From: Octopus sinensis
Taxonomy: Eukaryota
Reading direction: 5' to 3'
NCBI RefSeq assembly: GCF_006345805.1
Contig: NC_043013.1
Coordinates: 7,192,001-7,256,000 of the forward strand
Length of the DNA: 64,000 nucleotides
In this document: piece by piece, positions 51,933 to 64,000 of the stretch
Numbering within the stretch: position 1 is the stretch's first letter
Layout: each line of letters begins with the position of its first letter
Notes under the pieces: model-generated
The model's input: the letters and a program-made list of their open reading frames with translations, nothing else
Database searches by the model: none
What the model was told of the DNA's origin: nothing
Position numbers and translations under genes: made by a program

Positions 51933-51983
51933 TTGGCTGTAGAATTTGTCTACTGTTTGGCCCTCACAGAAGTTCTTTCAAAG
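51933..51983 (+). CDS. fry: Furry exon (51 nt, phase 0-0)
   Basis: ttatcttgcAG|TTG...AAG|GTAAGT. Encodes LAVEFVYCLALTEVLSK (cf. LAIDFIFSLVLIEVLKQ). Confidence 0.93.
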
Positions 51984-53252
51984 GTAAGTAGGAACAATAC
52001 ATTAGTGAAACTGAACAGCAAACAACACCTCATTGCAAAGAACCACAAATATATCCTTCTTTGTAAGGACTGGCAGTTATGTTCTTCCTTGGCAGGACCA
52101 CCAGTTTTGTCTCTTCTTTTTAAGGATCAACAATTGTCTCTCTTTGCATTGGCCAACAGGCATGTCATTCGAGTGGATTTGGTAGATGGAAACTGAAAGA
52201 AGCACATCGCATATATGCATATATGCATATATATATATATATTATCTATATAACTTATAAATGAGGGCTAACGAAAAAATTTCTAATGCCAAATATGCCA
52301 AAATTAGACACATTGTCCATAACCATTATAATTTTTTTTCACAATACGCATGCTACTCAAAAAGGTCGACAGAAATTTCTAAAAAAAAACACTATTACCA
52401 GGATGATGTGTTTAATTTTGGCATATTTGGCATTAGAGTTTTTTCTTTTGCCCTTGTTTATAAATTTAACCTTTAAAGGTATTTTTAATATGCTGGCCAT
52501 TGATAAAATTTTTTTTTGAAATAATTTTATCCTACATTAAATATATATATATATATATACACATATATATATATATATGTGTGTGTCTGTATTTGTCCCC
52601 CCAACATCGCTTGACAATCGATGCTGGTGTGTTTATGTCCTCGTAACTTAGCAGCTCGGCAAAAGAGACCGATAGAATAAGTACTAGGCTTGCAAAGAAT
52701 AAGTCCTGGGGTCGATTTGCTCCGCTAAAAGGCAGTGCTCCAGCATGGCCACTATCAAATGACTGAAACAGAGTAAAAGAGATATATATGCATATACCTA
52801 TTTGAGTCTTTGTGTCTGTGTTTTGTCCTCCCCACCACTACTTGATAATCAGTCTTGGTGTGTTTAGATCCCTGTAACTTAGCAGTTCAGCAAAACAGAC
52901 CAATAGAATAAGTTACCAGGCTTGAAAAAGTATCGGGGTCAATTCATTTGGCTAAAAATTCTTCAAGTTGACGCCGGAGTATGGCCACAGTCTAATGACC
53001 GAAACAAGTAAAATATAACAATTAAAAGCTGTTTGGGTGTGGGTGTAGTAATGATTCCATGCCTTGATGTCATGGAATAGTTATAAACAGATGTTAGTGT
53101 CACTCAAGCAAGTGATGACCTTCATCTCCAGTCTTGCATGAAAACCTGTCTTGTCATGGTGGAAGTATTGCTTTACCTGGAAACAGGTGAGGGATGATAA
53201 GAGAAAGGGTATCCAGCTATAGAAAACCCACTTCAACAAATTCCATCTAACC

Positions 53253-53530
53253 TGTAGTGTGACGGATGAAGAGGACAACAGAAGGAGAAGGAAATACAAA
53301 CAGGTCTTACCTCGGCGAAGATCAGCTCTCTTACCAAACTCGGCACGTCCAGTCGCTTCCTCGTCTCTGCGCGAACTGCGGCTTCATTGATCGCCACACG
53401 TGCTTGCTGCTTGACCGCTTCCACTTCCCGCGGCACATGCGCCCTCCAGTCTTCCACCGGGCCTCTGCAAACCCTACTTCCGCCCTCTCTTATCTGTCGT
53501 CCTCTCCACCGACACCACACCACCAATACA
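53253..53530. mobile_element. Probable solo LTR (278 bp, GC/CpG-rich)
   Basis: TGTAGTG...CAATACA termini (6/7 inverted), flanks AACC/AACA; interrupts a common repeat between ccatctaacc and atggaaaag. Confidence 0.6.
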
Positions 53531-53945
53531 AACATGGAAAAGGGGACATTACAATAATGATGATGAAAGTGTGGAAAAGTGGACATTAAAAAAAATGACA
53601 ATGACAGTGATGATGATGTGATAAGTCTTGGATATTTTTGAGGTGGAACCTTGTGGTTGGTAAGCAAGCTACTTACCACACAGCCACTCCTGCGCCTATA
53701 GTAGAAATTATTATTATTATTATTATCATTATTAAGATAGCAAGCTGGCAGAACTGTTAGCACACCAGGCAAAATGCTAAACAGCTTGTTGTTCTTTCTT
53801 TTACATTCTGTGTTCCAATTCCATGATGGTCAACTTTATTTTTCATTCTTTTTGTTCAATAAAATAAGAAGCAGTTGAACACTGGCATTGATATAATTGA
53901 TTTACCTGCCTACGACTAACTTGCTGGCCTTGTACCAAAATTCGA

Positions 53946-53997
<52 letters not shown>

Positions 53998-54567
53998 GAG
54001 TGAGAGAGTTCATGCCATCAAAGTGACACTGGGGTAAAATATATGAAGCCCAATATACCCATCATGACTACCCGTCTGATAAGGGTACACCAGGCACATG
54101 CATCACAACCATATGTGCGCGACATGGTGATCTCATATCAAGATAAACAGCACATGACCTTGCAGGTGGGGCCCAGTTAGAAATTTCTTCAGATTGAGTA
54201 GCCCATCCCGCTCAAAAGGTCCCTGAATAAGGGTTGTTTAAGGATGTTGAAAGAACCACCCATGTTTCCAGAGGTGAATTATTCAAACCCCAAAGAATCC
54301 CTCTCAACACATGGCTATGATGCTCCCCCACTACTTCTGCTCGTGATCAGAGATGCACATATCGTCAGCCACCAAGGGACATGGTCAACTGGTTAAGGTC
54401 AAACAACAGACAAGCAAATTTGTGGTATTGAGCTGAGTATTTGCTGTAGCCCATCTTTTATACCAAGACAAAACAATGTAGATGATAACACTTCCAATCA
54501 GTTTAGATCAGAAGCCATGAGAGCCACTGCACGGTACTGCATCAGGGCATTACTGCCTGGTACTGCA

Positions 54568-54604
<37 letters not shown>

Positions 54605-54629
54605 GTTATTGTTTGAAATAAAATTCAAT

Positions 54630-55105
54630 GATTGGCATCTGTACTAGTGGAGCACTAAGAGCACCATCCGAGTGTGATCATTGCCAGGGCAGCTAACTGG
54701 CTTCCATGCCGGTGGCACATAAAAAACACAATTTGAGCATGATTGTTACCAGCGTCACCTTACTGGCACTTGCGCTGGTGGCACATGAGAAAAAACATTT
54801 GAGTGAGGTCATTGCCAGTGCCGCTGGACTGGCTCCTGTGCAGGTGGCACGTAAAAAACACCATTTGAGCATGGCCGTTGCCAGTACCACCTGACTGGCC
54901 CTCGTGCCAGTGGCATGTAAAAGCACCCACTACACTCTCAGAGTGGTTGGCATTAGGAAGGGCATCCAGCTGTAGAAAAATCTGCCAGATCAAGATTGGA
55001 GCCTGGTGCAGCCATCTGGTTTGCCAGTCCTCAGTCAAAATCGTCCAACCCATGCTAGCATGGAAAGCAGATGTTAAACGATGATGATGATGATGATTAT
55101 TATTA

Positions 55106-55158
<53 letters not shown>
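54630..55158. mobile_element. Family D repeat whose (GAT)n(TAT)n end abuts a furry 3' splice site
   Basis: Core motif as at 7075 but reversed; the microsatellite ends ~9 nt before the AG at 55166-55167. Confidence 0.85.
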
Positions 55159-55159
<1 letters not shown>

Positions 55160-55167
55160 TTTTACAG

Positions 55168-55247
55168 TTGTACTACCATCCTGGTCACGATGACTTAGTC
55201 AACCAAATAATTCCTCATGCTTTTCGGCATTTCTCCTATAAAGAAGG
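55168..55247 (+). CDS. fry: Furry exon (80 nt, phase 0-2)
   Basis: tttttacAG|TTG...GAAGG|GTAAGT. Encodes LYYHPGHDDLVNQIIPHAFRHFSYKE(G) (cf. [27 protein letters not shown]). Confidence 0.93.
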
Positions 55248-55401
55248 GTAAGTTTATTTTTATTTGCTTTTTTTCTACCCACTTCATCAAAAATTCATCA
55301 TTATTTTTTATTCATCTTGTTCACTCTATGCTATCATGGAACATGGACTTTAACACTTTAGCATTGACTTTAACACTAACCACTGGGCCATTGTACCTCC
55401 C

Positions 55402-55405
<4 letters not shown>

Positions 55406-55449
<44 letters not shown>

Positions 55450-55460
55450 ATTATATATAT

Positions 55461-55506
<46 letters not shown>

Positions 55507-56116
55507 TATATATATTATATATTAAATATAAATATATATATATAAATATATATATATATAAATATAATATATATATATAAATATAAATATATATATAAAT
55601 ATAAATATATATAATAAATATATATATATATAAAATATATATATATATATATAATTATATTATATATAAATATATATATATTATATAAAAACATATATAT
55701 ATATATATATATATAAAACATATATATATAAATATATATATAAATACATATATATATATAAATATATATATAAATATTGATATCTGGATCTATTATTGTT
55801 GGAGTCCAGTGAACCTACCTCACGCAGGAGACACGGATGCGGGCAGCAGCATCGAACTCCTTGTTGATCAAGTGCCACGTATCAGAGGTGGATTCACAAA
55901 CTAGTGTGGATCATTCGGCGGTGGTTTGCCCCAGCATGGCCGCGGCCTTCGGGCTAAAACATTTTTAAGGATTTTTTTAAGGATTTTATATATATATAAA
56001 TAATTAAAAATTATATATATATATATAAATATATAATATATATAATTAATATAATAAATTAGTATATATATAAATATATATATAATATAAATATATAATA
56101 TTATATATATAAATAT

Positions 56117-56147
<31 letters not shown>

Positions 56148-56217
56148 ATATATAAATATATATATATTATATAAAAATTTTTTTAAAAATAAATATATAT
56201 ATATATATATATAAATA

Positions 56218-56248
<31 letters not shown>

Positions 56249-56432
56249 AATATATAAATATATAATATATATATATAATATTATATATATTATAAAATAT
56301 ATCTATATATATAAATATATATATATATAATAAATATATATATATATATAATATTATTATATATATAAATAATATTATATATATATATAATATATATATT
56401 ATATATATATATATATTATTATATATTATTAT

Positions 56433-56463
<31 letters not shown>

Positions 56464-56586
56464 AAATAAATATATATAAAAATAAAAATAATATATATAA
56501 ATATAAATATATATATAAAATAAATATATATATAAATATAAAATAAGTATATATATAAATATATATATATATATATAAAATATAAT

Positions 56587-56662
<76 letters not shown>

Positions 56663-57070
56663 AATATAAATATATATATATATAAATATATATATATAAT
56701 ATATATATATAAAAATATATATATATATAAATATATATATATAAAATATATATATATATAAATATATATATATAAAATATATATATATATATAAATATAT
56801 ATATATATAAATATATATATATAAATATATATATATATAAATATATATATATATAAATATATATATTATATAAATATATATATATATAAAATATATATAT
56901 AAATATAATATATAATATATAAATATAATATATATATAAATATATATATATATAAATTATATATATATATAAATATATATATATATAAATATATAATATA
57001 TAAATATATATAATATAAATATATATATATAATATATTATATATATAAATATATATATTAAATATATATT
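55406..57070. repeat. Long degenerate (TA)n/(TAAA) tract with embedded repeat fragment at ~55785-55985
   Basis: Read directly from the sequence. Confidence 0.97.
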
Positions 57071-57082
57071 TAATCAATATAG

Positions 57083-58085
57083 GGTGGCAAGGAAAATTTT
57101 GTAGAATTTTATTGCCACCAGCGGCCCAGCGGGGAAAAAAATTAAATAGTCATAGACCATTTTTAAGTTCAACATTAACAATAAGGAAAAACGGCCATAA
57201 TAGGCCATTCACCCACTAGAAATAACAGCCAAAGCTTCTACCGCAAATAAAGATTAATCCGTAAAAACAGGAGAGGAAAATTAAAAAAAAATTTACCCTG
57301 TAATTTCTTGTACGGTATACGTTTCATCCGCTGTTTAATGGTATACTAACCTGATTAAATTAAATCAAGCCAATCTTCCATAAGCCCTCGGATTTTCAGC
57401 AAGAAATAGCTCAAGACGGAACAGATATATACACGAGGCATACCCAATCTTGCCAAGTCAATATCTGACCTAAAAATTTCAAATCGTCGCATCGCGCCAA
57501 ATTAGTTTTCTCCTGTTACGAATTAATCTTTATGCGGTATAGAAGCTTGGTGTTATTTCTAGTGGGTGAATGGCCTATTATGGCCGTTCCTTAATTGTTA
57601 ATGTTGAACTTAAAAATGGTCTATGACTATTTAATTTTTTTCCGCTGGGCCGCTGGTGGCAATAAATATCTACAAAATTTTCCTTGCCACCATATATGAT
57701 TAATTATGAATTTTTTGGTTAATTCCGTAATGGAATCGACGGCTGATATATTTGCTGCCGATAAATTTGGCGCGAGTGCGACGATTTGAAAATTTTAGGT
57801 CAGATATTGACTTGGCAAGATTGGGTATGCCTCGTGTATATATCTGTTCCGTTTGGGCTATTCTTGCTGAAGAATCCGAGGGCTTATGGAAGATTGGCTG
57901 ATTAATTAATCAGGTTAGTATACCATTAAACAGCGGATGAAACGGTATATATACCGTACAAGAAATTACAGGGTTAAATGTTTTTTAATTTTCTCCTGTT
58001 TACGGAATTAATCTTTATTGCGGTAGAAGCTTTGGCTGTTATTCTAGTGGGTGAATGGCCTATTATGGCCGTTCCTTAATTGTTA
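57083..58085. repeat. Complex inverted/tandem arrangement of a ~480-bp unit
   Basis: Segments a (57083-57282) and b (57283-57503), then reverse complements a' (57504-57691), a unique piece, b' (57763-57987) and partial a' (57987-58085). Confidence 0.9.
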
Positions 58086-58180
58086 ATATATAAATATATA
58101 TATATAAATATATTATATATAAATAATAATATATAAAATATATATATATAAATATATATATATATAAATATATATATATA

Positions 58181-58218
<38 letters not shown>

Positions 58219-58289
58219 AATATATAAATATATATATATATAAATATATATATATATAAATATTATATATATATATATATATATAATAT

Positions 58290-58338
<49 letters not shown>

Positions 58339-58627
58339 AAGATATATATATATATATATATATATAAATATATATATATATAAATATATATATATAAATT
58401 ATATATATTAAATATATATATAAAATATATATATATATAAATATATATATATATAAAATATATATATAAATATATATATATATAAATATATATATATAAA
58501 TATATATATAATAAATATATATATATATAAATATATATATATAAATATATATATATATAAAATATATATATATATAAATATATATATATAAATATATATA
58601 TATATTATATATATATAATATATAAAT

Positions 58628-58672
<45 letters not shown>

Positions 58673-59389
58673 TATATATATATAAATATATATATATATA
58701 AAATATATATATATAAATATATATTATATAAATATATATATATATAAAATATATATATATAAATATATATATATATAAATATAAATATATATAAATATAT
58801 ATATATATAAATATATATATATATAAATATAAATATATATAAATATATATATATATAAATATATATATATATAAATATATATATATATAAAATATATATA
58901 TATATAAAATATATATATATATAAATATATATATATATAAATATATATATATATAAATATAATATATAAATATATATATATAAAAATATATAATATAAAT
59001 ATATATATATATAAAATATATTCCTGTCAGGTGTCCCAGATGAACCAACTTCACGGCAGGAGGGGTAGATGAGGGCAGCTGCATCGAACTCTCTCATGCA
59101 CCAAATAGCAGTTGCTAGAAAGCCTCCATGAAGTGAAACCAAGTAGCAACCCAAATGGCGGTGCCCCAGCATGGCCACAGCTCATAAGCTGAAACTAGAA
59201 TCAATCAATCAATCAATCAATCATATATAAATATTATATATATAAATATATATATATAAATATATATATATAAATATATATATATATAAATAATATATAT
59301 ATAAATATATATATATAAATATAAATATATATAAATATATATATATATATAAATATATATATATATAATAGATATATATAAATATATAT

Positions 59390-59430
<41 letters not shown>
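58086..59430. repeat. Long degenerate (TA)n tract with embedded repeat fragment at ~59020-59205
   Basis: Read directly from the sequence. Confidence 0.97.
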
Positions 59431-59437
<7 letters not shown>

Positions 59438-60694
59438 TGGTCAGTAAGAATGAGTATTCAACACTGCATTGATTATTTGTAAGTTTTACCAATTGAGTAG
59501 AATATAATTGGCTAAGAAGAACAAATAATAAAACTTGTCATTTGTTTTTCCCAGTTGACTCTTAGGACCCAAAAGCCACTCCTATTTGCATTTGTAATTC
59601 TCATCTCCTGCTTTGCTTTGCCATTAGATAAACTACTGTATAATTGAATATATGCAATGTTGTAAAATATAGTTTGTCATTTCTTTAATTAGGAAACATA
59701 AATTTGCTGTTTATTGATTAAAAACAGACAGCAAAGAAAGACTCGATAATTATTCTGATCTGTCGTAGTGGCTATTGTCGTTATTCAGTCTGAAGGTCAT
59801 CTCTGTTTGAGCAGACTGATGATTACAGCATTCCAGATGTGGTCATCCTGTCTGACATTAAGATATCTTTAATTTTAAACACCTCCAGATTGAGGTCTTC
59901 TCTACCGACTGCTTGTATAATTGCAGTTCTTCGAATATTTTTTTCAGCTCCTAATATTACGTATGTGACATCCTACAGTGTGTGTTTGTGGTTGTATCTT
60001 TGTACAAACTGTATAGAATATAGAGTAATATACACATTCTGATTCTGCATTATTTTGAATGAATTCTTTGCATTTTGCATTAGATATAATAATATAAATT
60101 ATTTGCATGGTTTTGTGTTACAAAACAATTTGTCATGATATTAGGGTTTTTCTTACGGTTAAATAAAAGTTCATGAAAATATTTCTCTGTAATTTATGAC
60201 TTTATTTATATATTAATGGGTGTCCAATGATGGCTTACCTGGCTGAAACTTCAAAGTCACCGCCTATAATATTCTTGTCTAGCAATAAGAAATATGTATA
60301 TATATTGATAAAAATGGTAAGACAACAAAAGAATGAAAGAGACCTCGATATTATGTGATTAGAAGAATTTATATGTAAATGTATTATGTGACAATTATTC
60401 ACTAGCCATGATAAAACTCCGAGTTTCGGATGCCGAGGTGGAAATCCACACCACCATCTCTTCCGTTATCCGGCCATCGGGAAAAAATGCTATGAAAATG
60501 ACCATTATACAAAGTGAAATTACTGTGTGATTGACCATTATTAAAGATAAAGGAGCTATTTGAATGACCACTAAGTGAGGAGAGGGAGTAAAAGTAAGAG
60601 GGAAAAAGTTCATAGTATTCACGTAAGCGCACATGCCCATACCTACATATGCGTGCCTGCACACCCATGTACATATATATATATATGTGTGTGT

Positions 60695-61030
60695 GAAGGC
60701 ACATGGCTCAGTGGTTAGAGTGTCGAGCTTAGGATCATGAGGTAGTGAATTTGAATCCCGGACCGGGCTGCGTGTTGTATTCTTGAGCAAGACACTTTAT
60801 TTCACGTTGCTCCACTTCATTTAGCTGTTGAAATGAGCTGCGACGACACAGGTACCAAGCTGTATCTGCTGTTGTCTTTCCCTTGGATAACATCAGTGGC
60901 ATGGAGAGGGGAGGCCGGTATGCATGGGCGACTGTTGGTCTTCCATAAACAACCTTGCCCGGACTTGAGCCTGGGAGGGTAACTTTCTAGGTGCAATCAC
61001 ATGGTCAGTCATGACCGAAGGGGGTCTCAG
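60695..61030 (+). mobile_element. tRNA-headed SINE (H1-like head, third tail type T3)
   Basis: TGGCTCAGTGG A-box and the TTGAGCAAGACACTTTATTTCACGTTGCTCC core, followed by an unrelated tail. Confidence 0.75.
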
Positions 61031-61318
61031 ATATATATATATATAATCATCATCATCATCATCATCAAACATCCATTTTTCCATACCTGTCTGGGTCGCA
61101 CAAAATTTGTTGAAACAGATTTTCTATAATTGGATGCCTTCTTTCCTGTCTCCAATACTCACCTGTCTCCAAGCAAGGTGATATTTTCTCATTGCTAGAC
61201 ATTTTGTATTTTATCATGGAAGACTGGAAACAAATGAGCTTCTTTGTATGATGATGACACTCATGTACAACCATCATATGAACTACCTGCATCAACTTGC
61301 TATAAAAGCAGGTAGTAA

Positions 61319-62360
61319 TTTTACCTTGTACTTATTCTTAGTGCAAGTTTTGAAGAGTGCAGTTCGATTTTAACAGTTATTTCTTCAAAGCTATAATGGA
61401 AGTGGCAAAGGAGCATACGCAGCATATTTTGATTTATGAGTTCAATAAGGGCAACAATGCAATGGAAAGTGCAAGGAATATTAATGCAGTATATGGGGAT
61501 CGGACAATAAGTGTAAGCCAGTGTCAACAGTGGCTCCAGAAACTCTGAGCTGGAAACTGTAGCCTAGAAGACAAGCCTCATCCTGGAACATCTGTAGAGC
61601 TTGACAAGGATGTCCTGCAAACCCTGATGGAACGAAATCCATTGTAGCTGTTGATAACTAGCAAAGAAGCTTGGATTTGGTCAATCAACCATTCATCAAC
61701 ACCTGCATTTGGAAAAGTCTGCAAATTGGGTCAGTGGGTTCCTCATAAACTTTCTGAGTCTAATCATGTGCAGATAGTGAATGTGTACTCTTCTTTGCTG
61801 TCACGTCTCACGAATGAACCTTTTATGAACCAAATAGTGACTGGTGACAAGAAATAGGTTCTCTATAAAAATGTCAAGTGCTGAAGACAGTGGATAGGGA
61901 AAGGAGAAATATCGGCACCCCAGACTAAAATAAGTCATCATCCACATAAGGTGTTGTAATCTGTTAGGTGGGATACTAAGGGTTTAGTCCACTTTGAACT
62001 TTTAAACCCAAACCAAATGATAACAAAGGAGATCTACTGCAAGCAGCTTGTGCAAATTAAGTAAGCACTAGAAGAAAAACAACCATCCTTGGTTTCAAGA
62101 CAAAAGGTGTTCTTCCATCAGGATAATGCTCAGCCACATGCAGCAAGGATGACATTCCAAAGGGTGGAAAAGTTTGAATGGGAAAGAATGCCCCACCCAC
62201 CATATTTGCCAGACATTATCCCATCTGGTTATCATTTATTCTGCAGTATTCAGTTGGATGGAAAAAATATGAATTCTGTACATGAGGTCAGAATGATACT
62301 GGAGGAGTATTTTTTGTCATGGACAAGAGAATTTTAGAAGAGGATCCTTGCAAGTCTAAT
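61319..62360 (+). mobile_element. Decayed mariner transposon, same family as 901-1717
   Basis: High identity to the 901 copy; contains GQWVPHKL, IVTGDKK, FHQDNAQPH and HPPYLPDI remnants with stops. The 3' end is replaced by a 14-bp tandem array. Confidence 0.9.
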
Positions 62361-62814
62361 TATGCAAGTCTAACTATGCAAGTCTAACTATGCAAGTCTA
62401 ACTATGCAAATCTAACTATGCAAGTCTAACTATGCAAGTCTAACTATGCAAATTTAACTATGCAAGTCTAACTATGCAAGTGTAACTATGCAAGTCTAAC
62501 TATGCAAATCTAACTATGCAAGTCTAACTATGCAAGTCTAACTATGCAAGTCTAACTATGCAAGTCTAACTATGCAAATCTAACTATGCAAGTCTAACTA
62601 TGCAAGTCTAACTATGCAAATTTAACTATGCAAGTCTAACTATGCAAGTGTAACTATGCAAGTCTAACTATGCAAATCTAACTATGCAAGTCTAACTATG
62701 CAAGTCTAACTATGCAAGTCTAACTATGCAAATCTAACTATGCAAGTGTAACTATGCAAGTGTAACTATGCAAGTCTAACTATGCAAGTCTAACTATGCA
62801 AGTCTAACTATGCA
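62349..62814. repeat. 14-bp minisatellite (TGCAAGTCTAACTA) x33
   Basis: Counted directly; four variant unit types. Confidence 0.97.
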
Positions 62815-63269
62815 GCCACAGTTTTCTTGATATTAGTAATATCAATAAAACCATTTATCTCCCTCAATTTCCATAATTTCCATTTGTACATTAACTCACA
62901 GAACCAATCCAAAACATAAACCGAAAGACAACTGTATTTCATACAGTCACAACTTACAGATTCCTCCCATGTACGATGTTAAGCTCCATGTTGTTCCATG
63001 TATAGCAACCAGTGCTCCAGCTGTAATTATTCAATTCTGTCATGTTTTTTTTTTTTTGGCTTTTTTTTGTTTTTGTGTAATGATTTATATCCCAGACGAG
63101 GTTCTCACTATATTCGTCAGTTTAAGGTGAACATGCCGAAATAATACTAACTAATTTACTTGTCAATCACTTTAAACAAACTACAGCTTCCAAATTGAGA
63201 TAAACTTCATTTTTCTTACATTATATATTTGATCTATGTTTTCTTCTGTCACTTTCATAAAGATAATAA

Positions 63270-63279
63270 CGACAACAAC

Positions 63280-63314
<35 letters not shown>

Positions 63315-63451
63315 TAATAATAATAATGATAATGATAATAATAATGATAATAATGATAATCATAATAATAATAATAATAATTATAATAATAATGATAATA
63401 ATAATAATAATGATAAAAATAATGATAATAATGATAGTAATGATAATAATA

Positions 63452-63482
<31 letters not shown>

Positions 63483-63560
63483 AATAATGATAATAATGAT
63501 AATAATAATGATAATAATGATAATAATGATAATAATAATAATAATAATGATAATAATACT
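63270..63560. repeat. (AAT/GAT)n microsatellite
   Basis: Read directly from the sequence. Confidence 0.97.
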
Positions 63561-64000
63561 GGTATCAGCAGTGGTGATTGTTGTAGTTATTGTTGTTTTG
63601 GTAGTGGTGGTGGTGGTAGAATTGCATACAGAGACAATGTCTGGTACTTCAGCCAGAGTATGCAATTCTAAAAATAAAACCCTTTAATTGAAGTAGGGTA
63701 CATCATCGACGTCAGCGTCATTGTCGTCATCATCGTCGTCATCACTGTCATCATCACCACTATCATCATCACTCTGTGCTTGTGTGGGTAAGGCAGAATT
63801 TGTTGAAACAGATTTAGTATGGACACATGCTCTTCCAGTCACTAACCCTCACTTATTCCAATGCAGCATAATATTTCCTGCTGGTCAGACATGTTTTCCA
63901 TCGAAGACTGGAAAGAAACAACATAGCTTATATTATTATGATTTCAATGATGATGATGATGGATGATTCTTGGCCGGTATGCTTTTGATCATAGGTTGTA

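Noticed and set aside
56586-59492. Y/I-rich ORFs up to 256 aa
   Set aside because: Translations of (TA)n tracts.
59948-59960. 13-nt AG/GT-bounded candidate next furry exon
   Set aside because: The required phase 2 gives an immediate TAA.
62349-62814. Possible CRISPR array
   Set aside because: Contiguous 14-bp units without unique spacers, eukaryotic context, no cas genes.
63096-63126. 31-nt AG/GT-bounded candidate (RGSHYIRQFK)
   Set aside because: The phase fits, but there is no similarity to the expected GPN...ADLYAEVIG Furry segment and splice signals are modest.

Overview
AT-rich, microsatellite- and SINE-saturated eukaryotic genomic DNA. The repeat families resemble those I recall from octopod cephalopods; that taxon call is an inference, not a database result. 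Six + strand exons (39422-39614, 47701-47754, 48343-48476, 49888-49918, 51933-51983, 55168-55247) splice in frame through GT-AG sites into the N-terminal ~175 aa of a Furry (FRY/FRYL, Tao3/Mor2 family) protein. The next expected exon was not found, and the 5' end of the gene is unresolved. Two CpG-rich islands (~5.4 kb and ~21.9 kb) are candidate first exons: one is phase-compatible with furry, the other lies on the opposite strand. The rest is intronic/intergenic: tRNA-headed and other SINE families, RTE and RLE-type LINE remnants, three decayed mariner copies, hAT- and piggyBac-like MITEs, a probable solo LTR, minisatellites and long (TA)n tracts. The most notable observations are a TSD-flanked 64-bp fold-back hairpin centred on half of a hammerhead-like core, three SINE dimers each bounded by a single TSD pair, head/tail-shuffled SINEs, a decayed 16-codon repeat, and a mariner-derived 14-bp minisatellite with higher-order structure. 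I found no rRNA, true tRNA gene or CRISPR array. Nearly all ORFs in the supplied track are low-complexity or TE artefacts. Repeat boundaries without a stated TSD/TIR are approximate.
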